From a virus, in IMG/VR virus record IMGVR_UViG_3300008117_006295, positions 13,132-77,131 of that record: a DNA stretch of 64,000 nt, one strand, 5' to 3'. This document shows positions 60,901-64,000 of this stretch, in pieces (position 1 is the first letter of the stretch; each line of letters begins with the position of its first letter). Under the pieces are notes generated by a model. The model was given only the letters and a program-made list of their open reading frames with translations. It did not search any database and was not told the origin of the DNA. The position numbers were made by a program, and so were the translations under genes.

Positions 60901-63900
60901 TAGCCCCAGCGCCCATTGCTAAACTACTTTTACCACTACCCGCTGCTCCTGCAATAGCAATAAATTTGCTTAATTCTTCTTTTTTACGCGCTTTTGCTGC
61001 TAACTCTCCAAGTTTAATACTATAATCACTAGTATCAGTAATACCTAGTGCTTCCATAGCTTTTTTAACTTTTTCAGTATTAGTAGGATCTCGTAATATA
61101 TCGGTATCTATGACACCAATATTTCTAGTAACTTTACCACCACGAGCATAAGTTTGTCGTTGAATACCAGCATTTCCTAATAGCTCATTTAGAGTTGAGT
61201 CTAAAATTCCTTGCATATTAGAATCTAATTTAGGAGCATTCTGAATAAGAGTAGTTAAAAATTCTTCTTTACCATAATCTTCTACTTTATCTATTGTTTC
61301 TTGTTTTTGTCCACCTTTTAATAATATCTCGTTAATTTTTGGATTAATTGGACGATATTCACGGGCATTTTTCTTAGCTCCAGACTCTACCCACATAGAG
61401 TATCCTTCTTTAGCTAGCTCTGGATCAGGACTTCTTCCTCCCGAACTAATAGTTCCTCGTCTTAGATCTTGTAAAACATTATCAAGTAAACCATTCTTAT
61501 AAGAGCGTCCATAAACAACATCCGCACTATTATAACTTCCGCCAAGAGCATCAAAAGCATCTGCTAAATCATCATTGTCTCCACCGAATAATTGAGATAC
61601 TCTTTCTTTATATTTAGTAAAACTATCTTCTGATTTGGCTCGTAAAGAATTAAATAATTGGTGTGTTAATTCATGATATAAAACATTTTTTGGTTGATTG
61701 CGCTCAAAAGCATTACTAGCCATTGAAACAAACCCGCGTCCTGTTGACGCTAGTACGCCCTTTTTTTGTTCCATAAGACCTTTACGAGCAACTGCTCTTT
61801 TATCCATTACATCAGATATTTTTTTACCAAGAGCGCTCTTTTCGTCCATAGCTTTATTAAAAGCCAAACTATCATAACTAAATGATCCATCCTCAAATGT
61901 TTCTATAGGAGTTTTTAATATTTTTTTGATTTCTTTAGTTTTTTCATCTAGTAATTTTTGATATCCAAATAAATCTTGCTCATCAGCTTGTGTGAATCCA
62001 AAGGCTTCCAATCCCTTATTATCATATCCTTGGGTACTAAAAGGATCTCTACTAAAAGTTCCACGATTACCAGAACGTTGTAATTCTCCACCAAAATCTA
62101 TCGTCTGAGGTAAAACTTTACTTAAATCGTCTCCTGGTAATCCTATAAACTTAGCAAAATCAGATAGATTACCCAATAATTCATTACGGCTAATTTTGGT
62201 ATTAAATAAACTTAAAAATCTTTTTCTATCAAATGGTTCGCTCTGAAATTTTTGAGATACTGCTTCTGGATCAATAGTTATTCTTTCATTACTTGGATAA
62301 GGATTAAAAGTATTATTTACTTTTTCATCATTTAACTTTTTTTCTATTTCTTTAACATAGGCGTTTGTTATACGTTTAGGAAATTTAGTTTCTCCTGTGC
62401 CGAATGGAGTTGACTCTGCTTTTCCACCAATAGCAAATTCAACAACTCCCTTTTCATTCCATTTTCTTCCGGTAGTTAGATCAGAATCCATTGAAAATCC
62501 TTGAGCCAAATAACGACCGAATCCTCCGCCTGCTTTTATTTTTTTTGTATCTTGAAAACTTTTAACTTCATCTTGTAGTTTATTTTTAGCTTCTTCTCCA
62601 GCTTTAGAGGCGGTAAGATTTTCTGTTACATAATAATTTGAAGGAATTTTGAATCCACTACCAGATTCTATTGGCGGTTTTTTATTTTTATTTTTAGATA
62701 AATCCATAAGTTTAACAGCTTTAGCCTCTGATACTCTGCTATCTTTATTGCCAGTTTCATATGTATCAAAATCTGAAATTCTAAATCTAGCAGTAAAAGG
62801 ATCGTCTGTTGGAGTAACCTGTGCTTCAAAAGTGTCTCCGTCAATAGCCTTTTGCTTACCGTCTATACTAGCTATTTTTGCCGCTCCTCCTTTAGCAAAT
62901 TTTTGTCTTTTGTTCGATCTTCCAGCTCTGATACTACCTCCTCCACCATACTTATTCATACTATGAAGATTATCTGCTCCGATAGTATCAACAGCTTTCT
63001 TTCTTATCACAAACTCTCCTGGCATAAGCATTGCTGGAACAGTATCTCTATTACCGCTGCCAGGAACCACGCCACCGCGAGCAAAGGCTTTAACTTTTCC
63101 TCCAGAAGCAAAAGTAGGCCCTCCAGAAGCTGCTATTCTTGAAGATAGATTATTTACTGCTGTTGTTAAATTATTTAATGCTGTAGTATTTAATTTTGTG
63201 GCTTCTGCAGCTCTTGATACTGCTTCGTTTCTTTCTCTATCTTTTGTTCCCGTGATAGTTGAAGCAACATTGGCTCCTGTTTCTCTCGCGCTACCTCTTC
63301 CCATAGTTCCAGCAAAACCACTAGCAAATTGTGTGGCTGCTTGAAAGCCTTTGATAGCTCCCATTATAGCTAACATTGGCAATAATGGTTTAAAAGCTCC
63401 GGCTAAATTAATTAATCCACTTGTTAAAGTTAAAACTATTGTTGCTAAACTTTGAAAAGCAGTATTTTTACCAATATCTCTAATTAATGCTAAAAACTGT
63501 TCTCTAACTTTTGCAATCTGATTTGCTAAAGAAAGTTGAGCTATTGCAGCATCTTGAGCTAAACTTCCTTGTCCTCTTTGAGCAACAGCGAGTGCCTTCT
63601 GTGCTTCGCTAAATTGTTGAATAAGAGGAATAACTTTACCAATTTGTCTAAATCCACCAAGTTCTTCTACGATTTTGGAGAATCTTATGTCTCTTGGATC
63701 TAGTTGATTTAACGCTTGACTTAAACGTCTGACTGCTTCATAAGGACCAACGAATTTTCCTTCAAGATCTGTTAATATAACTCCGAATTCTTTTAATTGA
63801 TTAATAGTACTAGCTCTTTGAAGACGTGTAAAAATAGTTCTTAAACCTGTAGCAATAGTTTCAGCACTTTCACGAGTAGTAGCACGTACGCTAGTAAATA

Positions 63901-64000
63901 CTGCAATAAATTCATTTAATGCATCTTTACCTTCGCTAACACCCTTACTAGCAGTAGCAAAAACACCACCGGTTCTTTGAATAGCAGCAATAATGTCAGC
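51920..64000 (-). CDS. Tail tape measure protein (>4,026 aa, 5' end outside window) with internal multi-enzyme cargo cassette
   Basis: The frame is open from 64000 (ADIIAAIQRTGG...TTRESAETIATGLRTIFTRLQR...LGGFRQIGKVIPLIQ, a TP901-type TMP core), in frame with the listed 63382 start. It has long Ala/Glu/Lys helical regions and enzyme motifs at 57800-63112. Confidence 0.9.
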   Translation of the reverse strand, partial: ADIIAAIQRTGGVFATASKGVSEGKDALNEFIAVFTSVRATTRESAETIATGLRTIFTRLQRASTINQLKEFGVILTDLEGKFVGPYEAVRRLSQALNQLDPRDIRFSKIVEELGGFRQIGKVIPLIQQFSEAQKALAVAQRGQGSLAQDAAIAQLSLANQIAKVREQFLALIRDIGKNTAFQSLATIVLTLTSGLINLAGAFKPLLPMLAIMGAIKGFQAATQFASGFAGTMGRGSARETGANVASTITGTKDRERNEAVSRAAEATKLNTTALNNLTTAVNNLSSRIAASGGPTFASGGKVKAFARGGVVPGSGNRDTVPAMLMPGEFVIRKKAVDTIGADNLHSMNKYGGGGSIRAGRSNKRQKFAKGGAAKIASIDGKQKAIDGDTFEAQVTPTDDPFTARFRISDFDTYETGNKDSRVSEAKAVKLMDLSKNKNKKPPIESGSGFKIPSNYYVTENLTASKAGEEAKNKLQDEVKSFQDTKKIKAGGGFGRYLAQGFSMDSDLTTGRKWNEKGVVEFAIGGKAESTPFGTGETKFPKRITNAYVKEIEKKLNDEKVNNTFNPYPSNERITIDPEAVSQKFQSEPFDRKRFLSLFNTKISRNELLGNLSDFAKFIGLPGDDLSKVLPQTIDFGGELQRSGNRGTFSRDPFSTQGYDNKGLEAFGFTQADEQDLFGYQKLLDEKTKEIKKILKTPIETFEDGSFSYDSLAFNKAMDEKSALGKKISDVMDKRAVARKGLMEQKKGVLASTGRGFVSMASNAFERNQPKNVLYHELTHQLFNSLRAKSEDSFTKYKERVSQLFGGDNDDLADAFDALGGSYNSADVVYGRSYKNGLLDNVLQDLRRGTISSGGRSPDPELAKEGYSMWVESGAKKNAREYRPINPKINEILLKGGQKQETIDKVEDYGKEEFLTTLIQNAPKLDSNMQGILDSTLNELLGNAGIQRQTYARGGKVTRNIGVIDTDILRDPTNTEKVKKAMEALGITDTSDYSIKLGELAAKARKKEELSKFIAIAGAAGSGKSSLAMGAGANDDATLRQTTRFPILTPEDIKKADQVIALTATASQSKLDAYLKDVDRAYILSSNTKEEQEMVQKGREVRDLTGAGLYGRKPGSTRGASRDFGVEEVTLREELGKKATVLGRKAGSYQLRRKKQSELSDIVQAGGYYTGGFAPATRGHAGAVETLLASMIEQNPNASMKDILVNAAGNLPMKSSEGPEHAARYGIFDADLRQLMARINFPGAMLAQGDSPTGEIPKYVEVLGSGDKRKFARTSGAMAITSGKDERTLGKYTRAGMKVTDIPRIEDISATKVREALFAGDDATLSKYLHPEIASILMGNRPQLQNRSTMVPMLLDSINKVVDIEEAKYDSQIQEILANAPGGPYKVLSKKLKENYPDIAEQVESLRKQKARLSEGALSYRAYNIISELSSRYPDMYSVDPNRRAQVSAASSDISSEIMAQQVQSAVQGAFGTSVPQEAQSGLQQAILQKVAKETAVKKSSGILPAEGREILKRFGTERLPTDASFGPFAGKTVRDTAEGGKLKYWNSAFRPETKPDKLAYYTATRDYLIDKFNESQGNKRTKTLEETANAVLSSQQLGLVGLNPLGYTGLLGPEIWNLGTDQSGQERSINASIIQRGLPTQYKSVIDYLSGETEKLVGGAAKLLGISPKKLSQKERETLGQGNIEGALLEQIFGSADAKILDDAQRTRPIDFPSGIGAKAAKIFGIDPDIPTEVKRTIDSGSRGKAVEEFQRYFRQQYGIPDPEKIAAFAEGGAVKLYHGSNTGIDDNVLKSFKEKGALSNIATGYGQGAGFYLYTEKSKAEQQAKMRVNGGSGFTLASGDRSGKPMVLSFDEVLDPKTFDLDYELQKGLVVQWIHDNYEVLKDKYAATENQTGLKGKFDKNPSAGMMSVGIRVQEGSQTLKSEDGTEFEVQGGARKSIYAGSEGDVREGALLGQLMSRIQSGDPDLVQQFESSLFKHPLGLALKYVGSSPLKPTNIETFATGGRAGISSKDTVPALLTPGEFVINKNAAQKIGYSKLHKLNKADKLQGYNKGGIVGGVQRFATGGDVDEYMAFNAEKAGQALEEFRRSIVYAAQDIARSIPRELRNSQTQLRAQLTEAAVGAKKLKTSDDRKNYVNDLANKLKSVSVDKTLDFDLMAKQLMSRFERAGSGDRVEDTIAAVNGLGDILNRTLTESEAQTEALKRVAEERGINPDLASQDLAQRLSDNLDSSFQRFVDNLGGPLKATTRALITLATVSATLRETLKTYGVQLSDQTTALMAGFEGFGKGAGVAGELDIRKNINNFADTLDGFFNNRLSGISNTLRNFSTSIQAGVIAFAAVSTAISEYYKSINESSLRKQLDNLSEASGKTAEAFKKLEQNASDANIASAQRILSQQESGMQDLRSRSMIDLPEANKSWMRALAPYSDMVSNAMGMPQEAEARKAYLAEEAINTGRYRQLGSQRLNRVKESEIQSDIDIANQYNTRLNQLDLERQAAKNRGDTTTVTARDQEIQRVSEDKANQLYKKSQTFATMRESGKSEQDIFRRIYLENASTDDQRERRRLAISGQLGSTDEEKSKNQQEAIAAAKQLLAVEAENERRQILLSRAYQKVALETESLIRTYDRASAMLKAFAQNIDKMKTKATATAAAYSGQATIGKVDRTNEEVLGNIQAYSLDQVKEVASQTAALAGGGVGGEDLKNQIIAAKIINDQLPNILAQTGSLNVDSAMEQLDEAFRLAGATLSDSVREELKGSLTAETQGKEGVSFEKFKSETNIVAELEKKSAAALKIGQEFQKQYNDALDVSIDLMNDYAKAMQESMDWTLKASDIRLNAEIALAEALGRNLTIAEKTAAGDARIRGLSSGVVAGGSTDPETIFNGMQSAIEERSAAEKELAKRQDALKAADGESPERRQELAAAVQEQLKVVADQNNAINNSRKALEELANDGTAAAAALKGLQEQQQAAKGSVNFMEKILTSDADELQKINKGLSAYTKVISGKATPQEMNSLEFRKNAFAGLNDISSMMPESLKNQMQAQVTRRMLESTPGGKQLLNTQTGALYRNPKTNKMEKMTFGQALNLAETGVDPVQDAMLQMYKEATDKQAKAAEMLSKAAVAAAKAYESGEGGSAEILSSLARDLPGILENAILAGFSNLPKQNNVGLPPQAEPQKTAFSDLDAAVREKQALDKQEAEKLGMTEAQFQSADIAYSNEEKAKAETLKLEENAAKNTVSSATTRVFKNVDEFRASPEYQDFKKSKAYKDAKAKEERAKETFDNTAIKTGKTPEELRSEIEEYRGSQEYRQAEQKVDKERENFRQSMFGDKENQDGVEQSKPSEAQMTGVVEDKSQEVLAQEAKVAEAKNASDAMWATIIAGLTSLGAAVGNELLDRGVSALTDSLLSIVGRGLGIGAAGTAVAGGAAAGGAAAAGGAAAAGGAAAAGGTAAGGTVAAGVTAAGAATAAAAVYGAYAAADTLKAFFELYNNWEGKMSEVESMLSENQTQSYLAQVGNNLLNIGNSIIGIGVEVGKLWEASNQAAQSAQQNAATESRLTEEAKKENIGTNYEGLNSIDRKNAKELADKQLQLETAKRIKSEGGTSEDLDRELGFSTGGDIDAFIKNREEQVQSIERSDKVPVTTGTPGWQGIAEEEARKDKAFNDAVKEARARAEENQARRKEEYANQKPKEVLPEQQDATSQAENAAIEAQMVASTENPVESQNIDAENSELTIINDLNNAFILLTQSVTNLATIIANIVASGFSKPETTIENGNVLPAENYPQDPSLQTQENNALVEAQTNREIDESAKELTGNTSVIPNTTTPTYGGVQQSSIYPNSVQPSQSLPVPAPRPTVPVSLPSAGANYGAESVGINTANSYGSTDQRLGEYTNTNSLITPPMALTPLGTPSPTQPGSKKTNTNNDPQNSSKGIIDNGTLVALDNFGKTIELFGQYVAVLSTVNIPSTIEIRGGQHVVDVRVSGAAAFQAIEGNMQRLITEQIDAAMDKLYNQTGGNVGYSSGSKGKPASKKTSPQAEE
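53688..53756 (-). repeat. 18-bp tandem repeat encoding (GGAAAA)n in the TMP
   Basis: CCAGCAGCAGCAGCGCCA x3 plus one 15-bp variant on the + strand. Confidence 0.9.
57800..63112 (-). other. [F/Y]AxGG-delimited enzymatic cargo array inside the TMP
   Basis: In-frame motifs FASGG 63098-63112, FARGG 63071-63085, FAKGG 62885-62899, FAIGG 62423-62437, YARGG 61136-61150, FAEGG 58679-58693, FATGG 57986-58000, YNKGG 57836-57850 and FATGG 57800-57814; DTVPA..PGEFVI modules at 63005-63046 and 57923-57964. Confidence 0.85.

Noticed and set aside
63382-64000. Start of the 3,820-aa ORF at 63382 with an intergenic region above it
   Set aside because: The same frame continues without stops to 64000 and encodes the TMP core.
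1-64000. Stop-codon reassignment as in some large phages
   Set aside because: Genes are long and tightly packed under the standard code, and TAA, TGA and TAG all end genes at natural boundaries.

Overview
This AT-rich, gene-dense 64 kb window comes from a large tailed dsDNA bacteriophage that uses the standard genetic code. I found no rRNA, tRNA or CRISPR array by eye. The + strand (1-34.7 kb) runs in four blocks. (1) Small virion and membrane genes plus a holin-like cluster containing a papain-family cysteine protease. (2) Nucleotide metabolism: dCMP deaminase, a class Id-like NrdB/NrdA, dUTPase, PhoH and a dNMP kinase. (3) A bacterial-type replisome: RecA, DnaB, DnaG, a Cas4-like exonuclease, SSB, and a DnaE split into two genes without an intein, with a DnaQ-like exonuclease between the halves. 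(4) A glycosylation island (GT4, HtrL+GT2, GT60, GT25+GT2, TylF). The - strand (34.7-64 kb) is a tail operon: two giant proteins with mucin-like Thr/Pro tracts, two paralogous tail proteins, and a tape measure protein (TMP) of more than 4,000 aa that runs off the window edge. The most notable feature is a ~1,770-aa internal cassette in the TMP (57800-63112). It is bracketed by two copies of a 'DTVPAxLxPGEFVI' module and cut into segments by repeated [F/Y]AxGG motifs. The segments carry motifs for a thermonuclease, an HExxH metallopeptidase, a P-loop kinase fused to a HIGH-type nucleotidyltransferase, a PD-(D/E)xK-like nuclease and an ADP-ribosyltransferase. I interpret this as a candidate tail-delivered, cleavable and swappable effector polyprotein. 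All domain calls are by visual motif recognition; no database searches were run.
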